Shown here in pieces: positions 24,471-34,009 of a DNA stretch of 64,000 bases; the first letter of the stretch is position 1; each line of letters opens with the position of its first letter. The notes below the pieces were generated by a model. The model worked only from the letters and a program-made list of their open reading frames with translations. It was not told where the DNA came from and did not search any database. A program made the translations under genes and the position numbers. The DNA is from Candidatus Poribacteria bacterium (GTDB taxonomy: Bacteria; Poribacteria; WGA-4E; WGA-3G). The DNA lies in contig OZ244048.1 of NCBI GenBank assembly GCA_965215265.1, positions 1,920,001-1,984,000 of the forward strand, in the 5' to 3' direction.

Positions 24471-24500
24471 GTAGGAGCGGCAAGGAATGTCCACTCCTAC
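24471..24500. repeat. GTAG-type REP-like palindrome
   Basis: GTAGGAGCGGC...GTCCACTCCTAC intergenic hairpin. Confidence 0.55.
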
Positions 24501-24504
24501 ATGT

Positions 24505-25218
24505 TTAGTAGAGACTTTTAATTCTGCCCCACTGTATCAATTTTTGCTGCCGAGTGGGTTCAATCCTGGCGGTGAAGACAAGATCGGGGAGCCGATCGTT
24601 CTCTTCTATGTAACCTTCTGGTGCCCAGGCGATTTTATTTTGGAGTCTACCATCATCCACATCATTATAAACAATGCCAAATCCGATGGTATTTCCTTTT
24701 TCGGCAACGGCATCAAGTCTGAAACTGAGTTCGCACGTTTTTCCATCGTTTCCCCATGCGATTCGGGTTAGCGGGAATTTCAGTTGTTTGACTTCTCTTT
24801 GAATCGGAATTTCGTATCGATAGAATTCATCCTTGTATCCGGTGTGGTGTGGGTCCAAGTAGAGGATGAGATGGTCTTCACGCGTGAGTTTGGATTGATG
24901 CGTCTCAAGGCCGTCATCTGTTAAATTGACAGCGACATAAAGATAACCACTTCTCCAGACGGCTGCAAAGGCACCTGTGAAATCGTGCGATTCGGCTGCC
25001 CAGGTTTTTCCAGTCATCGTCTCTTGTTGAAGTTTACCGGCGAGGATGTCCTCCCAGGCCGGGTCATCTAGGTATCCGTCGACGATGGGTGCGACAGATA
25101 CAAGTTCGGCATTATATTGGAAATTTTGAAGTTTGTTACCTGTGAGATGTGCTAAGGCATAGGAAATCGTCACGAAGAAAAAGGCTGCTATCAAAAGCAT
25201 CTGTTTTCTAATTCTCAT
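24505..25218 (-). CDS. Secreted CBM9-like (DOMON-type) sugar-binding protein with C-terminal WGxIK motif
   Basis: PIVDGYLDDPAW, YLYVAVNLTDD, IGFGIVYNDVD. Ends IEPTRQQKLIQWGRIKSLY. Confidence 0.75.
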   Translation of the reverse strand: MRIRKQMLLIAAFFFVTISYALAHLTGNKLQNFQYNAELVSVAPIVDGYLDDPAWEDILAGKLQQETMTGKTWAAESHDFTGAFAAVWRSGYLYVAVNLTDDGLETHQSKLTREDHLILYLDPHHTGYKDEFYRYEIPIQREVKQLKFPLTRIAWGNDGKTCELSFRLDAVAEKGNTIGFGIVYNDVDDGRLQNKIAWAPEGYIEENDRLPDLVFTARIEPTRQQKLIQWGRIKSLY

Positions 25219-25338
25219 AAATATCTCCTTTTGGTTTTTCTTACCGGCGTTTACTTGTTTATAAATTATAGCACAACGTTAAATCATTTTTCCAGAAAAA
25301 AAGGTAGGAAACGTGAGTTCAGTTTAAAAATTTAGAAA

Positions 25339-25710
25339 GCGTCCCCCGGCAAATCTTGGATTTGCTGAGAGGGACGTAGATTCAGAGAAGGTTTCTTCTC
25401 TTGATACAGAGGAGAGGTACCATGTGACTAGTGAGATTTCTCACCTTGCGTACCGAGCTTGCTCTTATCCATAAGTTTTCGTTTAGGCATTGTGGGCTTT
25501 CGCTATTACAAGTCCCAAGACCTCAAACCGAGATGATACGGAGACTGTTAGGATTCTCGCCGGATTGTGCGCAGCAGAAACTCCTCAATCTGCTTATCAG
25601 TACTGACTATTATCCATAAATTTTCGCTTCCTACGAAGGCTTAGGTATCGCGGACGAAGAGTGTCCTAAGGTGCTTCAAGTTGTTTTAGACTTGTACAAC
25701 TTGTAGGAAA
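25339..25710. ncRNA. Candidate structured non-coding element (unclassified)
   Basis: Many local inverted repeats, a duplicated TTATCCATAA.TTTTCG motif and a terminal GC-rich hairpin. No credible ORF. Confidence 0.3.
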
Positions 25711-25781
25711 CAGGCAGAATGAGCGTGGGACTTTCAAAATCCGCAGACTGTTGTTATTTTAAGATTTTTTTGGAAATTGAG

Positions 25782-25810
25782 TTGAAATTTGTCAAAAATT
25801 TTGTTATACT
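25782..25810 (+). promoter_or_regulatory. sigma70-type promoter for ftsH
   Basis: TTGAAA-N17-TATACT with extended TG. Confidence 0.6.
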
Positions 25811-25907
25811 TTAAAACAGGTTTTAAAAATCGCACTGAGGGCGCAGCTTGCAAGCCCATATTGCAAATTTGTTCTAAAGCTCAATTTTAAGAGAGAGGCT
25901 TTTAGTT

Positions 25908-27824
25908 GTGAATAAGAATACAAGAAACATGTTATTGTGGTGGGTATTTCTGGCATGTCTCGTTATCTTTGCCATTTTCCAGTTAATCAATCGTAAAGAT
26001 AAGGTTTACCCACTGACGACCTCTGATTTTCATAAATATATACGCAGTCCGTCCCCATTTGAAGGAAATCTAATTCTGGATGAAGAGTGGATTGAAGGAA
26101 AGTTTAACGAATCCGTGATACCGGAAGTTGAACACTATTTGAATCAACGCGCGTTGGAGAAGGATGGCGCGTATACTTCGAAAGTTCCGGAGAAATGGAA
26201 CGGTGAATTTAAAACGAGTCGTGATAGTGAGAATTTCGGGCTTCAAGAGAAACTGAATGAAAAGGATATTGATTATAATGTAAAGGGGTCTTCTAACTTC
26301 ACGCAGTGGTTGTTTGTGTTCGGCACTACGGTTGTCCCGTTGCTTATCTTCTTAGGGTTGATGATTTTCTTGTCCCGTCAAATGCAAGGTAGTGGAAACC
26401 GTGCACTCTCGTTTGGGAAGAGCCGTGCTCGTCTCCACTCGGACAGTCAATCTAAAGTGACATTTGATGATGTAGCGGGCGTTGATGAAGCCAAAGATGC
26501 ATTAGAAGAGGTTATCCAATTTCTTAAGGCACCAAAGAAGTTTGAGCGTCTGGGTGGTAGGATTCCAAAAGGTGTGCTGCTAATGGGCCCCCCGGGGACT
26601 GGGAAAACGATGCTTGCGAAAGCAGTGGCGGGGGAAGCGGACGTTCCGTTCTTTAGCATAAGTGGCTCTGACTTTGTAGAGATGTTTGTCGGGGTCGGTG
26701 CCTCACGTGTACGTGACCTTTTTGAAACAGGGAAGAAAAACGCTCCTTGTATTATTTTTATAGATGAGTTAGATGCAGTTGGACGGCATCGCGGGGCTGG
26801 CATCGGTGGGGGCCATGATGAACGCGAGCAAACATTAAATCAGCTCCTTGTTGAGATGCAAGGTTTTGATGCTTCTGAAGGCGTGATTCTCATTGCGGCG
26901 ACCAACCGGCCTGATGTGTTAGACCCGGCACTGCTGCGTCCAGGGCGGTTTGACCGGCAAATTGTGGTAGATCTTCCGGATGTCCGTGGCAGGGAGGCGA
27001 TTCTCAAGGTGCATACAAAGGAGCCGTACAAGGTTTCAGAGGATGTGAATCTTGAGATTTTGGCGAAGGCAACGCCGGGCTTTTCTGGCGCAGATCTTGA
27101 GAATGTCACAAATGAGGCGGCACTCCTCGCGGCAAGACGCGATAAAGAGTGGATTGATATGGAGTGCTTTGATGAGGCGAAGGATCGTGTCCTGATGGGA
27201 CCTGAACGTCGAAGTCTTGTTATTAGTGAAGCGGAGCGCGAGATTACTGCTTATCATGAAGCAGGGCACGCGCTGATGCTACACTTCGTCCCTGAAAGTG
27301 ATCCGAATTATAAGTGTACGATTGTACCACGGGGCAGAGCGCTCGGCGTGACCGCAAAATTACCACTTGAGGAGCGGCATAATATGAGCCGAAAAGGGCT
27401 TCTCGCACACATTATCTTCGCGCTTGGCGGCCGGGTTGCGGAAGAAATCATCTTTGGCGAGCAGACAACAGGTGCGCAAAACGATTTTGAGCAAGCAACC
27501 AGCATCGCCCGCAGAATGGTTACGCAGTGGGGCATGAGCCGCCTCGGACCACTCACTTTTGGTAGAAGGGACGAGCAGGTCTTCCTTGGAAAAGAACTCG
27601 CTGTTCATAAGGATTATAGTGAGAAAACGGCGATTGAGATCGATCAGGCCGTGCAGGAAATCGTGATGGAGTGTTACCACAAAGCAAAGTCTATTTTGGA
27701 AACTAATATTGATGGATTAAAGCTGCTGGCGGATGCATTGTTGGAGCGCGAAACGCTTGTCACTGAAGAAATTGATGAAATCCTCGGACCTCGCCCCGAG
27801 CTGCCTGAGAAGACTGTCGCATGA
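25908..27824 (+). CDS. ftsH: ATP-dependent zinc metalloprotease FtsH
   Basis: 2 TM segments, [23 protein letters not shown] and HEAGH. Confidence 0.97.
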   Translation: MNKNTRNMLLWWVFLACLVIFAIFQLINRKDKVYPLTTSDFHKYIRSPSPFEGNLILDEEWIEGKFNESVIPEVEHYLNQRALEKDGAYTSKVPEKWNGEFKTSRDSENFGLQEKLNEKDIDYNVKGSSNFTQWLFVFGTTVVPLLIFLGLMIFLSRQMQGSGNRALSFGKSRARLHSDSQSKVTFDDVAGVDEAKDALEEVIQFLKAPKKFERLGGRIPKGVLLMGPPGTGKTMLAKAVAGEADVPFFSISGSDFVEMFVGVGASRVRDLFETGKKNAPCIIFIDELDAVGRHRGAGIGGGHDEREQTLNQLLVEMQGFDASEGVILIAATNRPDVLDPALLRPGRFDRQIVVDLPDVRGREAILKVHTKEPYKVSEDVNLEILAKATPGFSGADLENVTNEAALLAARRDKEWIDMECFDEAKDRVLMGPERRSLVISEAEREITAYHEAGHALMLHFVPESDPNYKCTIVPRGRALGVTAKLPLEERHNMSRKGLLAHIIFALGGRVAEEIIFGEQTTGAQNDFEQATSIARRMVTQWGMSRLGPLTFGRRDEQVFLGKELAVHKDYSEKTAIEIDQAVQEIVMECYHKAKSILETNIDGLKLLADALLERETLVTEEIDEILGPRPELPEKTVA

Positions 27825-28648
27825 ACTGCCGTGGAAAAGTCCTCAATTTCGGAGAACGCACTTATGTGATGGGGATTTTGAACGTTACTCCAGACTCTTT
27901 CTCTGATGGAGGACGATTCTTGGATGTAGAAAAGGCTGTTGTACAGGCGAAATTAATGGTAGAGGCAGGGGCGATGCTCATTGATATCGGCGGGGAGTCC
28001 TCGCGTCCGGGGGCTTTGCCTGTCTCTGTCGATCAAGAATTGGCACGGGTTTTACCTGTTATTCGCTGTCTTGCGAGTGAATTGGATGTGATTCTCTCAA
28101 TTGATACATATAAAGCTGCTGTCGCGCAACGTGGATTGGAAGCAGGCGCGCACCTTGTCAACGACATTACTGCACTTCAGGGGGATGAAGATATGGCAGC
28201 GGTTGTCTCCGAGATGGAAGCCGGGCTAATTTTGATGCACATGAAAGGGACACCGCGCACGATGCAACAGAATCCGTACTATGTGGATGTCGTGGATGAG
28301 ATTTGCGGGTGGCTCCAAAAACGAATTAAGATGGCAGTCATGCAGGGGATTCCCCTGGAGCGAATCGCTATTGACCCGGGCATCGGGTTTGGTAAAACCA
28401 CGGGACATAACATGGAAATTCTAAGACGGCTTGATGAGTTCCAGACCCTCAATAGGCCGTTGCTCATCGGGACTTCCCGTAAGTCCTTTATCGGTAACGT
28501 ATTAGGGCTTCCTGTAACAGAACGGATTGAGGGTACGGCTGCGACGGTCTGCTGGGCGATTTCGCAGGGGGCGGATATTGTTCGTGTTCATGATGTTAAA
28601 CCTATTGTCCGCATGGCACGAATGATAGACGCGCTCTATAGGCGATGA
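27821..28648 (+). CDS. folP: Dihydropteroate synthase
   Basis: MGILNVTPDSFSDGG, IDIGGESSRPG, DPGIGFGK, SRKSF, VRVHDV. Confidence 0.97.
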   Translation: MNCRGKVLNFGERTYVMGILNVTPDSFSDGGRFLDVEKAVVQAKLMVEAGAMLIDIGGESSRPGALPVSVDQELARVLPVIRCLASELDVILSIDTYKAAVAQRGLEAGAHLVNDITALQGDEDMAAVVSEMEAGLILMHMKGTPRTMQQNPYYVDVVDEICGWLQKRIKMAVMQGIPLERIAIDPGIGFGKTTGHNMEILRRLDEFQTLNRPLLIGTSRKSFIGNVLGLPVTERIEGTAATVCWAISQGADIVRVHDVKPIVRMARMIDALYRR

Positions 28649-28745
28649 AGCAGGTTCTCGAAGATCCGGTAAGAACCGCCGGATAAAGCAAATCTCTAAA
28701 TCAACGAAGGGGTTTCTGAATAGTGCTACCCTATCTTGAACAGTA

Positions 28746-29138
28746 ATGCACCAGAAAAAAATTCACGGCATTGGTATAGACATTGTTGAGGTTGAACGCA
28801 TTCGGGATGTATCCCGACGATGGGGGGACAAATTTGAGCAGCGGGTTTATACAGCGGAGGAACTCGCCTATTGCGGGGGGGCTCCATCGCGATACTCGAG
28901 GCTCGCTGCACGTTTTGCAGCCAAAGAGGCGGCACTAAAGGCACTTGGTACAGGGTTAACCACCGGTATGTATTGGAAAGATGTTGAAATTCAGGCGAAC
29001 GTTGTTGGAAAACCGCTGCTCGTCATGCACGGCGAGGTGCGGCGATATGCACAGGAGCTCCGGATTGGTACAGCGTTCGTCACTATGTCTCATACGAATG
29101 TTTATGCTGTAGCCCAAGTGATGCTAATCTCCCGGTAG
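28746..29138 (+). CDS. acpS: Holo-[ACP] synthase
   Basis: GIGIDIVE, RFAAKEA..KALGTG, MSH. Confidence 0.95.
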   Translation: MHQKKIHGIGIDIVEVERIRDVSRRWGDKFEQRVYTAEELAYCGGAPSRYSRLAARFAAKEAALKALGTGLTTGMYWKDVEIQANVVGKPLLVMHGEVRRYAQELRIGTAFVTMSHTNVYAVAQVMLISR

Positions 29139-29223
29139 CTGCATTTGAAACCCACGGCTATTGGGTTACCGGATTATTTTTCGTTTTATAGTGGATTTTA
29201 CAATTATTTATATATTGTGACCT

Positions 29224-29247
29224 GCGAGGTTGCCAACCTCGCCTACC
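29224..29247. repeat. GTAG-type REP-like palindrome
   Basis: GCGAGGTTGCCAACCTCGCCTACC, an intergenic hairpin ending in CTAC. Confidence 0.6.
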
Positions 29248-29365
29248 GAGGCAAGGAGTGTTTCCGAGCGTGCGTGCCTAAATATCTACTTATTTTCATA
29301 AGCCACTATAGTAATCTGATACCTACCGTACGGTTCCAAAAATATACAATGGAAATAAGGAAAGA

Positions 29366-30490
29366 ATGAAATATATACAAAATTGGGTTGCAACCCGATG
29401 CTTTTATCTCTTATGCTTTTTGGCGTGTTGGAGTGCAGCTGCTTTCGCTGAGGGGGTAAGTGCAACGGCTGAGGCGGATAGGTTTCTCAGCCAGTTGCTC
29501 AGTGCTGAACATCGTGGCATGGGCGGCAGCTTCGTTGGAGGTGCCCAGGGAGCTACAGCTCTTGGCAGCAATCCAGCGGGGATAAATGCTGTAGCGGGGA
29601 ACCGGCTTGTCATCTACACGTCCCGTTTTCCACGGACAATCGCTGTCCTTTCCAGACCGAATTTTGATTCGATTTACGAAGACTACAGTAGATATGAGCA
29701 ACGTGCGTCGGGTATTGAAACATTAAATTGGGTGTTGCCGTTGGGGCGTTTTGGGACGTGGGGGCTCGGTTTTGCCTTTGCCCACGAAGGTCCGTTCCGC
29801 CGCGTCGATCATAATGGGAAAGCACTCAACAGTTTCCCTGAGAATAATCTTGCTCTCGGTATGAGTTACGGTGTAAAATTATTCGGCGGTTTAAATATTG
29901 GCATTGATACGAAATGGTTACGTTCTAAAGTCTCCGATGCCACTGGGATGGCACACCTCGGGCATGGTTACGCTTATAATATTGGATGTACCCAGGAGTT
30001 GGGACGTGGATTTCAGGTTGGCATCGTTTTGCGGAATTTGAGCAACGGTTTGTCGTTTTCTGATGCTTCGATCCCGCGTCGGATGCAGCGCGATATCGTT
30101 GCGGGTATTGCACACCGTCGGGAGGTTAGCGATTCGACAACAGTCCGCATTGGCTTGGATGTGAATCCGCCGTTTAACGATGGCCTGCGAACCAATTTGG
30201 GGGCAGAGTTTTGGTACCGGGAGCGGATCGGTTGCAGAATCGGATATCTCAGAGACATTGAAAACCGTTATGCATCGGTGTATCTGCAGGCTAGTGATGC
30301 CCTTGAATCGGAAGAACGACTCTGGAAATCGGAAGGGATGTGCTATGGTGTAGGTGTCCGGTTTGGGGACGTGATGTTGAATGCTGCTTATATGCCGGTA
30401 TTCAAACCGGTAGCAGCGACGGATGAGCGTATCTCTTTGATTCAAGGTGATGCTGTCTATACATTTTCAATCGGTTTTTTTGTATCTTGA
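29366..30490 (+). CDS. Second PorV/PorQ-like outer-membrane protein
   Basis: FL....AEHRGMGG.......A...NPAG N-terminus, beta-strand periodicity and C-terminal YTFSIGF. Confidence 0.7.
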   Translation: MKYIQNWVATRCFYLLCFLACWSAAAFAEGVSATAEADRFLSQLLSAEHRGMGGSFVGGAQGATALGSNPAGINAVAGNRLVIYTSRFPRTIAVLSRPNFDSIYEDYSRYEQRASGIETLNWVLPLGRFGTWGLGFAFAHEGPFRRVDHNGKALNSFPENNLALGMSYGVKLFGGLNIGIDTKWLRSKVSDATGMAHLGHGYAYNIGCTQELGRGFQVGIVLRNLSNGLSFSDASIPRRMQRDIVAGIAHRREVSDSTTVRIGLDVNPPFNDGLRTNLGAEFWYRERIGCRIGYLRDIENRYASVYLQASDALESEERLWKSEGMCYGVGVRFGDVMLNAAYMPVFKPVAATDERISLIQGDAVYTFSIGFFVS

Positions 30491-31086
30491 GCATGTGTGA
30501 TGAATATAGAACGGTGTCAGGCATCGCCTACGCCAAACATGTAGTCAAAAAGTCTCGGTTCATAGCTGAAGCGACAGCCGTGGAGAGCCAAGAGGCGGTA
30601 AAGGCGTTTCTTGACGAAGTGCGCGAGCGGCTCCCTCGTGCTTCTCACTATTGCTATGCTTACAGCATCGGCGGTGGTGAGTCGAAGCGTGACTATGCAA
30701 CGGATGCAGGAGAGCCTCGCCATTCTGCCGGTCCACCCATTCTATCGGCGATTCGGGCCCATAGGCTCTCTAATACACTCTGTGTTGTTGCCCGATATTA
30801 TGGTGGAATCAATTTGGGTATGGGTGGCTTAATTCGAGCTTATGGACAGTGTGCACGGGCGTGTTTCCAAAATGCGACGCTTGAAAACAGGATTTTTTAT
30901 CAAAACTTACTCTTAAAAGTGCCTTATTCACGGATCGGCACGGTCGTCACGCTATGCAAGCGCGGTGGCGGTGAGATTGTAGATATTGAATATACCCCGC
31001 AGCCTGTCATCTCTCTTCGGATGAGGCAGAGTGCAGTGGAGGCGTTCCAAGTACACCTCCAAAGTATTGGAATGCTAACACTGTAG
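30487..31086 (+). CDS. yigZ: YigZ/IMPACT family protein
   Basis: KKSRFIA, ASHYCYAY, DAGEP..SAG, VARYYGGINLG.GGLIRAY. Confidence 0.9.
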   Translation: MSMCDEYRTVSGIAYAKHVVKKSRFIAEATAVESQEAVKAFLDEVRERLPRASHYCYAYSIGGGESKRDYATDAGEPRHSAGPPILSAIRAHRLSNTLCVVARYYGGINLGMGGLIRAYGQCARACFQNATLENRIFYQNLLLKVPYSRIGTVVTLCKRGGGEIVDIEYTPQPVISLRMRQSAVEAFQVHLQSIGMLTL

Positions 31087-31138
31087 TGGAGAGGTATTTG
31101 CTAGTGGACACCAAAAAACTTGTTGGAGGAAATGGGCG

Positions 31139-31573
31139 TTGAGCAATATGAAGTACACGGTGACTCATGAATGGATCCAAACTTCGGGGGAAGATGAGGG
31201 CACTGTTGGTATCACTGAACGCGTACGAGACGGATATAGCAATATTATTTTTGTGGAATTGCCGTCTCTGCGGGAATTTGAGCAGGGCGAAATTCTTGGA
31301 CGGGTTGAAACGGCTGATGGGCGCAATTTTTTTATCCATGCTCCAGTCAGCGGCGAAGTTTATGAAATTAACACAGCACTCGAAGATGATATTGAACTCC
31401 TCAACCATTTTCCGGAGGGCGATGGCTGGGTTTGCAAATTCCACATTGAAAATTCAAGTGAGTTTGATTCGCTACTCACCCTCACTGAGTACTACAACTA
31501 CGAAGAGGAAGAGCCTTGTGAAGAAGACTACATGCCTGAAATTGACTTTTATGAAGATGTAGATGACTACTAA
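31139..31573 (+). CDS. Glycine cleavage H-like protein lacking the lipoyl lysine, with an acidic tail
   Basis: YT..HEW, VGIT, FVELP, APVSGEV.E.N, P.G.GW. VETADG replaces VESVKA. Confidence 0.8.
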   Translation: MSNMKYTVTHEWIQTSGEDEGTVGITERVRDGYSNIIFVELPSLREFEQGEILGRVETADGRNFFIHAPVSGEVYEINTALEDDIELLNHFPEGDGWVCKFHIENSSEFDSLLTLTEYYNYEEEEPCEEDYMPEIDFYEDVDDY

Positions 31574-31683
31574 CTTGAAGCCAAGAGCGATGAATCGATA
31601 AGACGAGATTTGGGGAGAAAATTAGAGTCTCTGTCCGCTTCGTTGCATTCAGTGAAAATTTCAACCGAGAGAGGAATCCTCTG

Positions 31684-32520
31684 ATGCCGCAAAATGAGAA
31701 GATCCGGATTGGACACAGTCCTGATTCCGATGATGCTTTTATGTTTTATGCCCTTGCTAAAGGGCTTATTCCGACGGATCCGTTTGAGATTGTCCACGTT
31801 ATTGAGGACATTGAAACTTTAAATCGTCGGGCACTCGCCGCAGAATTAGAAGTCACGGCGATTTCTGTGCATGCGTATAGTTACGTTGCCACCGATTATA
31901 TCCTCATGCCGTGTGGGGCAAGTATTGGTGATAGATATGGTCCACTTGTTGTTTCCAAAGTACCGATGACGAGTCTTGCTGGGAAGCGTGTGGCGATCCC
32001 CGGGGAGATGACCACGGCCTACTTGACGATGCGGCTCTTCCAACCCGATTTTGTCACAGAGACACGTCGGTTCGATTTGATTTTGGAAGCCGTCCAGCAG
32101 GGCGAGGTTGATGCCGGCCTCATCATTCACGAAGGGCAGCTGACTTACGAACGCGAAGGGTTGCATAAAATCGTTGATTTGGGCGAGTGGTGGTATCAGG
32201 AAACCGGCTTACCCCTTCCCCTTGGCGCGAACGTCATTCGCCGTGACCTCGGTGAAGAGAAAATTCATCAGTTAACGCGCTTGCTAAAACAGAGCATTGA
32301 ATATTCCTTAGCGCATCGTGAACGTGGACTTGAATACGCGATGACGTATGCACGGGACATGGAAACGACTCTCGCTGACCGGTTTGTCGGCATGTATGTG
32401 AATGATTATACAGTAGATTACGGTGAAAAGGGTAGAGCGGCGGTGCGGGAGTTGCTCGGCCGTGGGCATCAAGCCGGGATAATCCCCCAGCGAGTTCATG
32501 TTGATTTTGTGACGGTTTGA
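31684..32520 (+). CDS. mqnD: 1,4-dihydroxy-6-naphthoate synthase (futalosine pathway)
   Basis: GHSPDSDDAFMFY, YGP.VVS, TTAYL, IIHEGQLTY, LPLPLG, MYVN. Confidence 0.9.
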   Translation: MPQNEKIRIGHSPDSDDAFMFYALAKGLIPTDPFEIVHVIEDIETLNRRALAAELEVTAISVHAYSYVATDYILMPCGASIGDRYGPLVVSKVPMTSLAGKRVAIPGEMTTAYLTMRLFQPDFVTETRRFDLILEAVQQGEVDAGLIIHEGQLTYEREGLHKIVDLGEWWYQETGLPLPLGANVIRRDLGEEKIHQLTRLLKQSIEYSLAHRERGLEYAMTYARDMETTLADRFVGMYVNDYTVDYGEKGRAAVRELLGRGHQAGIIPQRVHVDFVTV

Positions 32521-32565
32521 AGACTTGTTGTTGTCAGGAATTTCTGATTTTGGTTGGGAGAATTA

Positions 32566-32778
32566 ATGATGGACGGGAAACGCCGCCGAACCTTTCAATT
32601 GGAATCCGCGAGCGGTGAAAAATTGGCATCCGGAGTTCTATATGATGAAGGCAATGTGCAAGTCTTGTGGCGTTCGGACATCGGGTACACGGCGGAGCAG
32701 TATTCGTCACTGAGTCTGGTTTTGAATTTGATGCCGGGAATTGCGGTGCTGCGTTTATCGGAGGGATGCCCTTCCTGA
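32566..32778 (+). CDS. Small hypothetical protein
   Basis: GGGAG RBS and a 70-aa globular-looking sequence downstream of mqnD. Confidence 0.55.
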   Translation: MMDGKRRRTFQLESASGEKLASGVLYDEGNVQVLWRSDIGYTAEQYSSLSLVLNLMPGIAVLRLSEGCPS

Positions 32779-32917
32779 TACTTGCTGTTTTGGGCTCGTG
32801 GAATCTACCTCCTAATCGCGATGCCTGTTTCAATTATCTGTTTGTAAGGGCGAGCTCCCGATCGCGATACCGATTTTCGACACGATAAACCGGAATTTAT
32901 AGGTAACAATAAGCTAC

Positions 32918-33793
32918 CTAACGCAGTCGCCGATCTGCTAACTTGATAATCTGCCCGGTCTCTTGTGCAATATACATATAACCGAGACCATCCAGTACAA
33001 CCCCTTCCTGCTCCTCGCCGGGTAATAGGTATTGGCTCAGAATGGTGCCGTCCGGTTTGAGCTCTACCAGAAGGTTTGTTGTGTCGCTAATCAGGACGAG
33101 GCACTCGGCGCGCGTATCGTAGGCAAGCCCGGAGATATCAATGAAATTCATCTGATGGAACCGGATAATAGTTCCTTCGGCACTACGCGTCTGTGATGAA
33201 CGCAGCGGCACAAGGACTTCACAGACAACCGACGGCTCATCCTTCGGCTTGAGACTAAACGATTGATTGCCAACCCAAAAGGTACCACCTTCTGGATGCG
33301 ATGTGTTCGGTATAAAAGCGATTGCCTCGATACCCATCCCGCCTTTTTTTAGGAGTGTTTCGCTTTCAAACTCTCGGTTGATTCTGAATTCCCTCTGAAT
33401 AGAGAGTGTATCCGGGTCTATTTCCAAGATGACTTCGTCATCTTCAACCGCGGCGTATAGCCAACCTGTATTCGGATTAATGGTGATTCCTTCCATGTCA
33501 CGTTCGTTCAACATTTTTGATTGAACAAGCATCCCATTTATGGTCCGGATTTCATGAAGACTGCCAGAATCATCAACAACAAATAGACTGCGCCGTGTTG
33601 GATGATAAGTGATACCGGAGGGTTCAGCGATGTGTGCCTTTGTGATATTACCCAGCCAGTTATAGGGGAGTTCAATAGGGCGAGAGCCTGCAGTCTTTTT
33701 TGTGACTGACTGCTCTATCTGGACAAGAGAATAGACGAGGGCGGCACTGACAGTTATTATCAAAATGATGATCAGTGTTTTATTATAGGACAT
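32918..33793 (-). CDS. SdiA-regulated (YjiK-like) beta-propeller with N-terminal anchor
   Basis: EPSGITY, DMEGIT, GIEAIAF, DISGL, QEGV repeats. Confidence 0.8.
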   Translation of the reverse strand: MSYNKTLIIILIITVSAALVYSLVQIEQSVTKKTAGSRPIELPYNWLGNITKAHIAEPSGITYHPTRRSLFVVDDSGSLHEIRTINGMLVQSKMLNERDMEGITINPNTGWLYAAVEDDEVILEIDPDTLSIQREFRINREFESETLLKKGGMGIEAIAFIPNTSHPEGGTFWVGNQSFSLKPKDEPSVVCEVLVPLRSSQTRSAEGTIIRFHQMNFIDISGLAYDTRAECLVLISDTTNLLVELKPDGTILSQYLLPGEEQEGVVLDGLGYMYIAQETGQIIKLADRRLR

Positions 33794-33957
33794 TGAAGCA
33801 CCTCTACATGACTTGTTATGGTAACGGTACTGTTTGTTAAGGTTTATTCCTGAGTGCTATTTCTATTTTATCATATTTTATGGAATTAGCCAAAGAAATC
33901 TTCGGCGAAAGACGTTGCTAAATGGGCTCCCTGAAGCACCGTTTTTCGTATTTTTAT

Positions 33958-33986
33958 TTGACATAGTGGTTATTAGATGGTATACT
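33958..33986 (+). promoter_or_regulatory. sigma70-type promoter
   Basis: TTGACA-N17-TATACT. Confidence 0.7.
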
Positions 33987-34009
33987 AATTTGAAAGAAGG
34001 AGCAGCCTT

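Noticed and set aside
25460-25630. DnaA boxes or hammerhead ribozyme in the ftsH upstream region
   Set aside because: There are only two mismatched TTATCCATA copies, and CTGATAAG does not fit the CUGAnGA core with proper stems.
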